Part shown: in pieces, positions 30,001 to 43,100 of the stretch
How the letters are laid out: the number at the start of each line of letters is the position of its first letter
How positions within the stretch are numbered: the stretch's first letter is position 1
Assembly (NCBI GenBank): GCA_964016885.1
Contig: OZ024756.1
Location: 8,432,001-8,496,000 of the forward strand
Length of the DNA stretch: 64,000 nucleotides
Direction of reading: 5' to 3'
Origin: Eledone cirrhosa
Taxonomy: Eukaryota
Translations under genes and position numbers: made by a program
The notes under the pieces: generated by a model
Told to the model about the DNA's origin: nothing
Database searches by the model: none
The model's input: the letters and a program-made list of their open reading frames with translations, nothing else

Positions 30001-31185
30001 CCTGTCCTTACTGATGGTGCCATAACACCTCACCTGTCCTTACTGATGGTACCATAACACCTCACCTGTCCTTACTAATGGTGCCATAATACCTCACCTG
30101 TCCTTACTGATGGTGCCATAACACCTCACCTGTCCTTACTATTGGTGCCATAACACCTCAACTGTCCTTACTGATGGTGCCATAACACCTCACCTGTCCT
30201 TACTAATGGTGCCATAATACCTCACCTGTCCTTACTGAAGGTGCCATAACAACTCAACTGTCCTTACTAATGGTGCCATAACAACTCACCTGTCATTACT
30301 ATTGGTGCCATAACACCTCACCTGTCCTTACTGATGGTACCATAACACCTCACCTGTCCTTACTAATGGTGCCATAACACCTCACCTGTCCTTACTGATG
30401 GTACCATAACACCTCACCTGTCCTTACTAATGGTGCCATAACACCTCACCTGTCCTTACTATTGGTGCCATAACAACTCACCTGTCCTTACCGATGGTGC
30501 CATAACACCTCACCTGTCCTTACTGATGGTGCCATAACACCTCACCTGTCCTTACTGATGGTGCCATAATACCTCACCTGTCCTTACTGATGGTGCCATA
30601 ACAACTCACCTGTCCTTACTGATGGTGCCATAACACCTCACCTGTCCTTACTATTGGTGCCATAACAACTCACCTGTCCTTACCGATGGTGCCATAACAC
30701 CTCACCTGTCCTTACTAATGGTGCCATAACACCTCACCTGTCCTTACTATTGGTGCCATAACACCTCACCTGTCCTTAGTGATGGGACCATAACACCTCA
30801 CCTGTCCTTACTGATGGTGCCATAACACCTCACCTGTCCTTACTGATGGTGCCATAATACCTCACCTGTCCTTACTGATGGTGCCATAACAACTCACCTG
30901 TCCTTACTGATGGTGCATAACACCTCACCTGTCTTTACTAATGATGCCATAACAACAGACCTGTCCTAACTATTGATGCCATAACAACACACCTGTCCTT
31001 ACTGATGGTGCCATAACACCTCACCTGTCCTTACTGATGATGCCATGACACCTCACCCGTCCTTACAAATGGTGCCATAACACCTCACCTGTCCTTACTG
31101 ATGATGCCATGACACCTCACCCGTCCTTACAAATGGTGCCATAACACCTCACCAGTCTTTTCTGATGGTGCGATAACACCTCACC
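1..31185. repeat. 32-bp tandem satellite, consensus TAACACCTCACCTGTCCTTACTRATGGTRCCA, about 975 copies, continues off the left edge
   Basis: TAACACCT recurs at 11, 43, 75 etc. (period 32). Head-to-tail monomers with point variants and rare 1-bp indels; no ORF in the track. Confidence 0.98.
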
Positions 31186-34100
31186 TTACAGTTTGGACTG
31201 GGGCTTTTTGTTGTAACACCTACATGACCACTTTACTGTGTGGACTGGTGACTTTTTGTTGTGACACCTACATGACCACTTTACAGTGTGGATTGTGGAA
31301 TCTTGTTGTGACACCTACATGACCAACTTACGGCGTGATCTGGATGAGTTTTGTTGAGACACCTACATTACCACTTTACAGTGTGGAATGGGTACTTTTT
31401 GTTCTGACACCTACATGACCACTTAACAGCATGGTCTGGGGCTTTTTGTTGGGACACCTACATGACCACTTTACAGCGTTGACTGCGGCTTTTTATCGTG
31501 ACACCTATATGACCGCTTTACAGTGTGGACTGGTTGCTTTTTGTTGTGACACCTACATGACCACTTTACAGTGTGGACTGGGTGCTTTTTTGTCGTGACA
31601 CCTACATGACCACTTTACAGTGTGGACTGAGTGCTTTTTGTTGTGACACCTACATGACCACTTTACAGCGTGGACTAGGGATTTTTGTTGTGACACCTAC
31701 ATGACCACTTTACAGTGTGGACTGGGTGCTTTTTGTTGTGACACCTACATGATCATTTTACAGTGTGGACTGGGTGCTTTTTGTTGTGACACCTACATGA
31801 CCACTTTACAGCGTTGACTGGGGCTTTTTATTGTGACACCTATATGACCACTTTACAGTGTGGACTGTGTACTTTTTGTTGTGACACCTACATCACCTCT
31901 TTAAAGTGTGGACTCAGTGCTTTTTGTTGTGACACCTACATGACCACTTTACATCGTGGTCTGGGGCTTTTTGTTGGGAAACCTACATGACTACTTTCCT
32001 GTGTGGACTGGGGCTTTTTGTTGTGACACCTATGTGACCTCTTTAAAGTGTGGACTGGGTACTTTTAGTTGTGACACTTACATGACCACTTTACTTTGTG
32101 GACTGTGTACTTTTTCTTGTGACACATACATGACCACTTTACAGCGTGGACTGGGGCATTTTTTGTGATACCTACATGACCACTTCACAGTGTGGACTGG
32201 GTGATTTTTGTTGTGTCACCTACACAACCACTTTACAATGTGGACTGGGTACTTTTTGTTGTGACACCTACATGCCCACTTTACAGTGTGGACCTGGTTC
32301 TTATTGTTGTAATACCTACATGACCACTTCATAGTGTGGACTGAGTGCTTTTTTTTGTGACACCTACATGTCCACTTTACAGTGTGGACTAGGTACTTTT
32401 TGTTGTGACACCTACATGACCACTTTACAGAATGGACTGAGTGCTTTTTGTTGTGACACCTACATGACCACTTTACAGCGTGGACTGAGTGCTTTTTGTT
32501 GTGACACCTACATGACCACTTTATAGTATTGACTGGGTACTTTTAGTTGTGACACCTAAATGACCACTTTACAGCGTGGACTGGGGCTTTTTGTTGTGAC
32601 AGCTACATGACCACTTTACAGTGTGGTCTGGGTACTTATTGTTGTGATACCTACATGACCACTTTATAGTGAGGGCTGGGTACTTTTTGTTGTGACACCT
32701 ACATGACGACTTCATGGTGTGGACTGTTTACTTTTTCTTGTGACACCTACATGACCACTTTACAGTGTGGACTGACTACTTTTTGTTGTGACACCTACAT
32801 GACCACTTTACAGCATGGACTGAGTGCTTTTTGTTGTCACACCTACATGACCACTTTACAGTGAGGGCTGGGTACTTTTAGTTGTGACACCTAAATGACC
32901 ACTTTACAGTGTGGACTGAGTGTTTTTTGTTGTGACACCTACATGATCACTTTACAGTGTGGACTGAATGCTTTTTGTTGTGACACCTACATGCCCACTT
33001 TACAGTGTGGACTGGGTGCTTTTTGTTTTGACACCTACATGACCACTTTACAGCGTGGACTGGGGCTTTTTGTTGTGATACCTACATGACCACTTTACAG
33101 TGTGGACTAAGTGCTTTTTGTTGTGACACCTACACGATCATTTTACAGTGTGGACTGGTGTCTTCTTGTTGTCACCTATATGACCACTTTACAGTGTGGA
33201 CTGAGTGATTTTTGTTGTGACACCTACATGACCACTTTACAGCATGGACTGGGGCTTTTTGTTTTGACACCTACATGACCACTTTACAGCGTGGACTGAG
33301 GGATTTTTGTTGTGACACCTACATGACCACTTTACAGTGTGGACTGAGTGCTCTTTTTGTGACACCTACATGAACACTTTACACCGTGGATTGGGTGCCT
33401 TTGTTGTGACACCTACATGACCACTTTACAGCGTGGACCGTGTGCTCTTTTTTGTGAAACCTACATAACCAATTTACACCGTGGACTGAGTGCTTTTTGT
33501 TGGGACACCTCCATGACCACTTTACTGTGTGCACTGTGTACTTTTTCTTGTGACACCTACATGACCACTTTACAGTGTGGGCTGGGTACTTTTTGATGTG
33601 ACACCTACATGACGACTTCATAGTCTGGACTGGGTACTTTTTCTTGTGACAGCTACATGACCACTTTAGAGCGTGGACTGGGTACTTTTTGATGTGACAC
33701 CTACATGACGACTTCATATTCTGGACTGGGTACTTTTTCTTGTGACAGCTACATGACCACTTTACAGTGTGGACTGGGGCTTTTTCTTGTGTCACCTACA
33801 TGACCACTTTAGAGCGTGGACTGGGTACTTTTTGATGTGACACCTACATGACGACTTCATAGTGTGGACTGGGTACTTTTTCTTGTGACACCTACTGAAC
33901 CACTTTACAGCGTGGACTGGGGCTTTTTCTTGTGTCACCTACATGACCACTTTAGAGCGTGGACTGGGTACTTTTTGATGTGACACGGACATGACGACTT
34001 CATAGTGTGGACTGGGTACTTTTTCTTGTGACACCTACATGACCACTTTACAGCGTGGACTGGGGCTTTTTCTTGTGTCACCTACATGACCACTTTACAG

Positions 34101-37100
34101 CGTGGACTGGGTACTTTTTGATGTGACACCTACATGACGACTTCATAGTGTGGACTAGGTACTTTTTCTTGTGACACCTACATGAGCACTTTATAGTGTG
34201 GGCTGGGTACATTTCGTTGTGACACCTACATGACCACTTTACAGTGTGGACTGAGTGCTTTTTTTTTGTGACACCTATATGACCTCTTTACAGTGTGAAC
34301 TGAGTACTTTTAGTTGTGACACCTGCATGACCACTTTACAATGTGGGCTGGGTAGTTTTTGTTCTGACACCTACATGACCACTGTACAGCATGGTCTGGG
34401 GTTTTTTGTTGGGACACCTACATGACCACTTTACAGTGAGGACTGGGGCTTTTTGTTGTGACACATACATGACCTCTTTACAGTGTGGACTGGGTACTTT
34501 TAGTTGTGACCCCTACATGACCACTTTACAGCGTGGACTGGGGCTTTTCCTTGTGACACCTACATGACCACTTTATAGTGTGGACTGGGTACTTTTTGAT
34601 GTGACACCTACATGACGACTTCATAGTGTGGACTGGGTACTTTTTCTTGTGACACCTACATGACCTGTTTACAGCGTGGACTGGAACTTTTTGTTTTGAC
34701 ACCTACATGACCACTTTGCAGTGTGGACCTGGTACTTATTGTTGTGATACCTACATGACCAATTTACAGTGTGGACTGAGTGATTTTTTTTGTGACACCT
34801 ACATGACCACATTACAGTGTGGACTGGGTGCTTTTTGTTGTGACACCTACATGACCACTTTACAGTGTGCACTGAGTGCTTTTTTGTCGTGACACCTACA
34901 TGACCACTTTACAGTGTCGGCAGAGTGCTTTTTGTTGTGACACCTACATGACCACTTTACAGCATGGTCTGGGATTTTTGTTGGGACACCTACATGACCA
35001 CTTTACAGTGAGGAATGGGGCTTTTTGTTGCGACACCTACATGACCTCTTTACAGTGTGGACTGGGGCTTTTTGTTGTGATACCTACATGACCACTTTAT
35101 AGTGTGAACTGGGTACTTTTTCTTGTGACACCTACATGACGACTTCATAGTGTGGACTGGGTACTTTTTCTTGTGACACCGACATGACCACTTTACAGTG
35201 TGGACTGAGTACTTTTTGTTGTGACATCTACATGACCACTTTACCCATGGACTGGGGCTTTTTGTTGTGACACCTATATGACCACTTTACAGTGTAGACT
35301 GGGTGCTTTTTGTTGTGGCACCTCCATGACCACTTTACAGTGTAGACTGGGTGCTTTTTTTGTAACACCTGCATGACCACTTTACAGTGTGGAGTGGGTG
35401 CTTTTTGTTGTGTCGCCGACACGACCACTTTACAGTGTGGACTCTGGGCTTTTTGTTGTGTCACCTACATGACCACTTTACATGGTGGATTGGAGGCTTT
35501 CTATTGTGGCGCCTACACGACCACTTTACAGTGTGGACTGTGGGCTTTTTGTTGTGTCACCTACATGACCTCTTTACAGTGTGGACTGGGTACTTTTAGT
35601 TTTGACACCTACATGACCACTTTACAGTGTGGACTGGGTACTTTTTGTTCTGACACCTACATGACCACTTTACAGCATGGTCTGGGGCTTTTTGTTGGGA
35701 CACCTACATGACCACTTTACATTGAGGTATGGGGCTTTTTGTTGCGACACCTACATGACCTCTTTACAGTGTGGATTGGGTACTTTTAGTTGTGACACCT
35801 ACATGACCACTTTATAGTGTGGACTGGGTACTTTTTGATGTGACACCTACATGACGACTTCATAGTGTGGACTGGGTACTTTTTTTTGTGCCACCTACAT
35901 GACCACTTTACAGTGTGGACTGAGTACTTTTTCTTGTGACACCTAACTGACCACTTTACAGTGTGGACTGGGTACTTTTTGTTGTGACACCTACATGACC
36001 ACTTTATAGCATGGACTGGGGCTTTTTGTTGTGGCACCTACATGACTACTTTACAGCGTAGACTGGGGCTTTTTGTTGTGACACCTACACGACCACCTTA
36101 CAATGTGGACTGAGTGCTTTTTGTCGTCACACCTACATGACCACTTTACAATGTGGACGGAGTGCTTTTTTTTGTGACACCTACATGACCACTTTACAGC
36201 ATGGACTGAGTGCTTTTTGTTGTGTCACCTACATGACCACTTTACAGCATGTACTTTGTGCTTTTTGTTGCGACACCCACATGACCATTTTACATGGTGG
36301 ACTAGGGCTTTTTGTTGTGATACCTACATGACCACTTTATAGTGTGGACTCGGTACTTTTTCTTGTGATACCTACATGACCACTTTACTTTGTGGACTGT
36401 GTACTTTTTGTTGTGACACCTACATGACCACTTTACAGTGAGGACTGGGGCTTTTTGTTGTGACACATACATGACCTCTTTACAGTGTGGACTGGGTACT
36501 TTTAGTTGTGACCCCTACATGACCACTTTACAGCGTGGACTGGGGCTTTTCCTTGTGACACCTACATGACCACTTTATAGTGTGGACTGGGTAATTTTTG
36601 ATGTGACACCTACATGACGACTTCATAGTGTGGACTGGGTACTTTTTCTTGTGACACCTACATGACCTGTTTACAGCGTGGACTGGAACTTTTTGTTTTG
36701 ACACCTACATGACCACTTTGCAGTGTAGACCTGGTACTTATTGTTGTGATACCTACATGACCAATTTACAGTGTGGACTGAGTGCTTTTTTTTGTGACAC
36801 CTACATGACCACATTACAGTGTGGACTGGGTGCTTTTTGTTGTGACACCTACATGACCACTTTACAGTGTGGACTGAGTGCTTTTTTGTCGTGACACCTA
36901 CATGACCACTTTACAGTGTCGGCAGAGTGCTTTTTGTTGTGACACCTACATGACCACTTTACAGCATGGTCTGGGACTTTTTGTTGGGACACCTACATGA
37001 CCACTTTACAGTGAGGAATGGGGCTTTTTGTTGCGACACCTACATGACCTCTTTACAGTGTGGACTGGGGCTTTTTGTTGTGATACCTACATGACCACTT

Positions 37101-40100
37101 TATAGTGTGGACTGGGTACTTTTTCTTGTGACACCTACATGACGACTTCATAGTGTGGACTGGGTACTTTTTCTTGTGACACCGACATGACCACTTTACA
37201 GTGTGGACTGAGTACTTTTTGTTGCGACATCTACATGACCACTTTACCCATGGACTGGGGCTTTTTGTTGTGACACCTATATGACCACTTTACAGTGTAG
37301 ACTGGGTGCTTTTTGTTGTGGCACCTCCATGACCACTTTACAGTGTAGACTGGGTGCTTTTTTTGTAACACCTGCATGACCACTTTACAGTGTGGAGTGG
37401 GTGCTTTTTGTTGTGTCGCCGACACAACCACTTTACAGTGTGGACTGTGGGCTGTTTGTTGTGTCACCTACACGACCACTTTACAGTGTGGACTCTGGGC
37501 TTTTTGTTGTGTCACCTACATGACCACTTTACATGGTGGATTGGAGGCTTTCTATTGTGGCGCCTACACGACCACTTTATAGTGTGGACTCGGTACTTTT
37601 TCTTGTGATACCTACATGACCACTTTACAGCGTGGACTGTGTACTTTTTGTTGTGACACCTACATGACCACTTTACAGTGAGGACTGGGGCTTTTTGTTG
37701 TGACACATACATGACCTCTTTACAGTGTGGACTGGGTACTTTTAGTTGTGACCCCTACATGACCACTTTACAGCGTGGACTGGGGCTTTTCCTTGTGACA
37801 CCTACATGACCACTTTATAGTGTGGACTGGGTACTTTTTGATGTGACACCTACATGACGACTTCATAGTGTGGACTGGGTACTTTTTCTTGTGACACCTA
37901 CATGACCTGTTTACAGCGTGGACTGGAACTTTTTGTTTTGACACCTACATGACCACTTTGCAGTGTAGACCTGGTACTTATTGTTGTGATACCTACATGA
38001 CCAATTTACAGTGTGGACTGAGTGCTTTTTTTTGTGACACCTACATGACCACATTACAGTGTGGACTGAGTGCTTTTTGTTGTGACACCTACATGACCAC
38101 TTTACAGTGTGGACTGACTGCTTTTTTGTCGTGACACCTACATGACCACTTTACAGTGTCGGCAGAGTGCTTTTTGTTGTGACACCTACATGACCACTTT
38201 ACAGCATGGTCTGGGACTTTTTGTTGGGACACCTACATGACCACTTTACAGTGAGGAATGGGGCTTTTTGTTGCGACACCTACATGACCTCTTTACAGTG
38301 TGGACTGGGGCTTTTTGTTGTGATACCTACATGACCACTTTATAGTGTGGACTGGGTACTTTTTCTTGTGACACCTACATGACGACTTCATAGTGTGGAC
38401 TGGGTACTTTTTCTTGTGACACCGACATGACCACTTTACAGTGTGGACTGAGTACTTTTTGTTGCGACATCTACATGACCACTTTACCCATGGACTGGGG
38501 CTTTTTGTTGTGACACCTATATGACCACTTTACAGTGTAGACTGGGTGCTTTTTGTTGTGGCACCTCCATGACCACTTTACAGTGTAGACTGGGTGCTTT
38601 TTTCTTAACACCTGCATGACCACTTTACAGTGTGGAGTGGGTGCTTTTTGTTGTGTCGCCGACACAACCACTTTACAGTGTGGACTGTGGGCTGTTTGTT
38701 GTGTCACCTACACGACCACTTTACAGTGTGGACTCTGGGCTTTTTGTTGTGTCACCTACATGACCACTTTACATGGTGGATTGGAGGCTTTCTATTGTGG
38801 CGCCTACACGACCACTTTACAGTGTGGACTGTGGGCTTTTTGTTGTGTCACCTACATGACCTCTTTACAGTGTGGACTGGGTACTTTTAGTTTTGACACC
38901 TACATGACCACTTTACAGTGTGGACTGGGTACTTTTTGTTCTGACACCTACATGACCACTTTACAGCATGGTCTGGGGCTTTTTGTTGGGACACCTACAT
39001 GACCACTTTACATTGAGGTATGGGGCTTTTTGTTGCGACACCTACATGACCTCTTTACAGTGTGGATTGGGTACTTTTAGTTGTGACACCTACATGACCA
39101 CTTTATAGTGTGGACTGGGTACTTTTTGATGTGACACCTACATGACGACTTCATAGTGTGGACTGGGTACCTTTTCTTGTGCCACCTACATGACCACTTT
39201 ACAGTGTGGACTGAGTACTTTTTCTTGTGACACCTACCTGACCACTTTACAGTGTGGACTGGGTACTTTTTGTTGTGACACCTACATGACCATTTTACAG
39301 TGTGGACTGGGGCTTTTTGTTGTGATACCTACATGACCACTTTACAGTGTCGGCAGAGTGCTTTTTGTTGTGACACCTACATGACCACTTTACAGCCTGG
39401 ACTGGGGCTTTTTGTTCTGACACCTACATGACCCCTTTACAGCATGGTCTGGGGCTTTTTGTGGGGACACCTACATGACCACTTTACAGTGAGGAATGGG
39501 GCTTTTTGTTGCGACACCTACATGACCTCTTTACAGTGTGGACTGGGTACTTTTAGTTGTGACACCTACATGACCATTTTATAGTGTGGACTGGGTACTT
39601 TTTGATGTGACACCTACATGACCACTTTACAGTGTGGACTGGATACTTTTTGTTGTGACACCTACATGACCACTTTATAGCATGGACTGGGGCTTTTTGT
39701 TGTGGCACCTACATGACCACTTTACAGCGTGGACTGGGGCTTTTTGTTGTGACACCTACACAACCACTTTACAATGTAGACTGAGTGCTTTTTGTCGTGA
39801 CACCTACATGACCACTTTACAGTGTCGACTGAGTGCTTTTTGTTGTGACACCTACATGACCTGTTTACAGCGTGGACTGGGACTTTTTGTTGTGACACCT
39901 ACATGACCACTTTGCAGTGTGGACCTGGTACTTATTGTTGTGATACCTACATATACCAATTTACAGTGTGGACTGAGTGCTTTTTGTCGTGACACCTACA
40001 TGACCACTTTACAGTGTTGACTGGGTACTTTTTGTTCTGACACCTACATGACCACTTTACAGCACGGTCTGGGGCTTTTTGTTGGGACAGCTACATGACC

Positions 40101-43100
40101 ACTTTACAGTGTGGACTGGGGCATTTTGTTGTGACACCTACATGACCTCTTTACAGTGTGGACTGGGTACTTTTAGTTGTGACCCCTACATGACCACTTT
40201 ATAGTGTGGACTGGGTACTTTTTGATGTGACACCTACATGACGAATTCATAGTGTGGACTGGGTACTTTTTCTTGTGACACCTACATGACCACTTTACAG
40301 TGTGGACTGGGTACTTTTTGTTGTGACACCTACATGACCACTTTATAGCATGGACTGGGGCTTTTTGTTGTGGCACCTACATGACCACTTTACAGCGTGG
40401 ACTGGGGCTTTTTGTTGTGACACCTACACGATCACTTTACAATGTGGACTGAGTGCTTTTTTTTGTGACACCTACATGACCACTTTACAGCATGGACTGA
40501 GTGCTTTTTGTGGTGTCACCTACATGACCACTTTACAGCTTGGACTGGGTGCTTTTTTTTGCGACACCTACATGACCATTTTACAGCGTGGACTAGGGTT
40601 TTTGTTGTGATACCTACATGACCACTTTATAGTGTGGACTCGGTACTTTTTCTTGTGACACCTACATGACCACTTTACTTTGTGGACTGTGTACTTTTTG
40701 TTGTGACACCTACATGACCATTTTACAGTGTGGACTGGGGCTTTTTGTTATGATACCTACATGACCATTTTATAGTGTGAACTGGGTACTTTTTCTTGTG
40801 ACACCTTCATGACGACTTCATAGTGTGGACTGGGTACTTTTTCTTGTGACACCTACATGACCACTTTACAGTGTGGACTGAGTACTTTTTGTTGCAACAT
40901 CTACATGACCACTTTACCCCATGGACTGGGGCTTTTTGTTGTGACACCTATATGACCACTTTACAGTGTAGACTGGGTGCTTTTTTTGTGACACCTGCAT
41001 GACCACTTTACAGTGTTGAGTGGGTGCTTTTTGTTGTGTTACCCACATGACCACTCTACAGTGTGGACTGGGTGCTTTTTGTTGTGTCACCTAGATGACC
41101 ACTTTACATGGTGGACTGGAGGCTTTTTATTGTGTCGCCGACACGACCACTTTACAGTGTGGACTGTGGGCTGTTTGTTGTGTCACCTACATGACCACTT
41201 TACAGTGTAGTCTGTGGGCTTTTTGTTGTGTCACCGACACGACCACTTTACATGGTGGACTCGAGGCTTTTTGTTGTGTCGCCTACATGACCACTCTACA
41301 GTGTGGATTTGGTGCTTTTTGTTGTGACACCTACATGACCACTTTACAGCGTGGACTGTGGCTTTTTGTCATGACACCTACATGACCACTTTACAGTGTG
41401 GACTGGGGCTTTTGGTTGTGACACCTACATGACCACTTTACAGTGTAACTGAGTGCTTTTTGTCGTGACACCTACATGACCACTTTACAATGTGGACTGA
41501 GTGCTTTTTTTTGTAACACCTACATGACCACTTTACAGCATGGACTGGGTGCTTTTTGTTGCGACACCTACATGACCATTTTACAGCGTGGACTAGGGTT
41601 TTTGTTGTGACACCTACATGACCACTTTATAGTGTGGACTCGGTACTTTTTCTTGTGACACCTACATGACCACTTTACTTTGTGGACTGTGTACTTTTTC
41701 TTGTGACACCTATATGACCACTTTACAGTGTGGACTGGGGCTTTTTGTTGTGATACCTACATGACCACTTTACCCCATGGACTGGGGCTTTTTGTTGTGA
41801 ACCTATATGACCACTTTACAGTGTAGACTGGGTGCTTTTTGTTGTGGCACCTCCATGACCACTTTACAGTGTAGACTGGGTGCTTTTTTTTGTGACACCT
41901 GCATGACCACTTTACAGTGTGGAGTGGGTGCTTTTTGTTGTGTTACCTACATGACCACTCTACAGTCTGGACTGGGTGCTTTTTGTTGTGTCACCTACAC
42001 GACCACTTTACAGTGTGGACTCTGGGCTTTTTGTTGTGTCACCTACATGACCACTTTACATGGTGGACTGGAGGCTTTTTATTGTGTTGCCTACACGACC
42101 ACTTTACAGTGTGGACTGTGGGCTGTTTGTTGTGTCACCTACATGACCACTCTACAGTATGGAGTGGGTGCTTTTTGTTGTGTCACCTACACGACCACTT
42201 TACAGTGTGGACTTTGGGCTTTTTGTTGTGTCACCTACATGACCACTTTACATGGTGGACTGGAGGCTTTTTATTGTGTTGCCTACACGACCATTTTACA
42301 GTGTGGACTGTGGGCTGTTTGTTGTGTCACCTACACGATGACTTTACAGTGTGGACTCTGGGTTTTTGTTGTGTCACCTACATGACCACTTAACATGGTG
42401 GACTGGAGGCTTTTTGGTGTGTCGCCTACACGACCACTTTACAGTGTGGACTGTGGGCTTCATGTTGTGTCACCCACATGACCACTTTACATGGTGGATT
42501 GGAGGCTTTTTATTGTGTCGCCTACACGACCACTTTACAGTGTACTCTGTGGGCTTTTTGTTGTGTCACCTACATGACCACTTTACATGGTGGACTGGAG
42601 GCTTTTTATTGTGTCGCCGACACGACCACTTTACAGTGTGGACTGTGGGCTGTTTGTTGTGTCACCTACATGACCACTTTACAGTGTAGTCTGTGGGCTT
42701 TTTGTTGTGTCACCTACATGACCACTTTACATGGTGGACTGGAGGCTTTTTGTTGTGTCGCCTACATGACCTCTCTACAGTGTGGATTGGGTGCTTTTTG
42801 TTGTGACACCTACATGACCACTTTACAGCGTGGACTGTGGCTTTTTGTCGTGGCACCTACATGACCACTTTACAGTGTGGACTGGGGCTTTTGGTTGTGA
42901 CACCTACATGACCACTTTACAGTGTAGACTGAGTGCTTTTTGTCGTGACACCTACATGACCACTTTACAGCGTGGACTGGGTGCTTTTTGTTGCAACACC
43001 TACATGACCATTTTACAGCGTGGACTAGGGTTTTTGTTGTGATACCTACATGACCACTTTATAGTGTGGACTCGGTACTTTTTCTTGTGACACCTACATG

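Noticed and set aside
1-31185. Telomeric repeat (C-rich strand with TAAC motifs)
   Set aside because: No (TAACCC)n or similar short unit; the period is 32 bp. A subtelomeric or centromeric location cannot be judged from this window.
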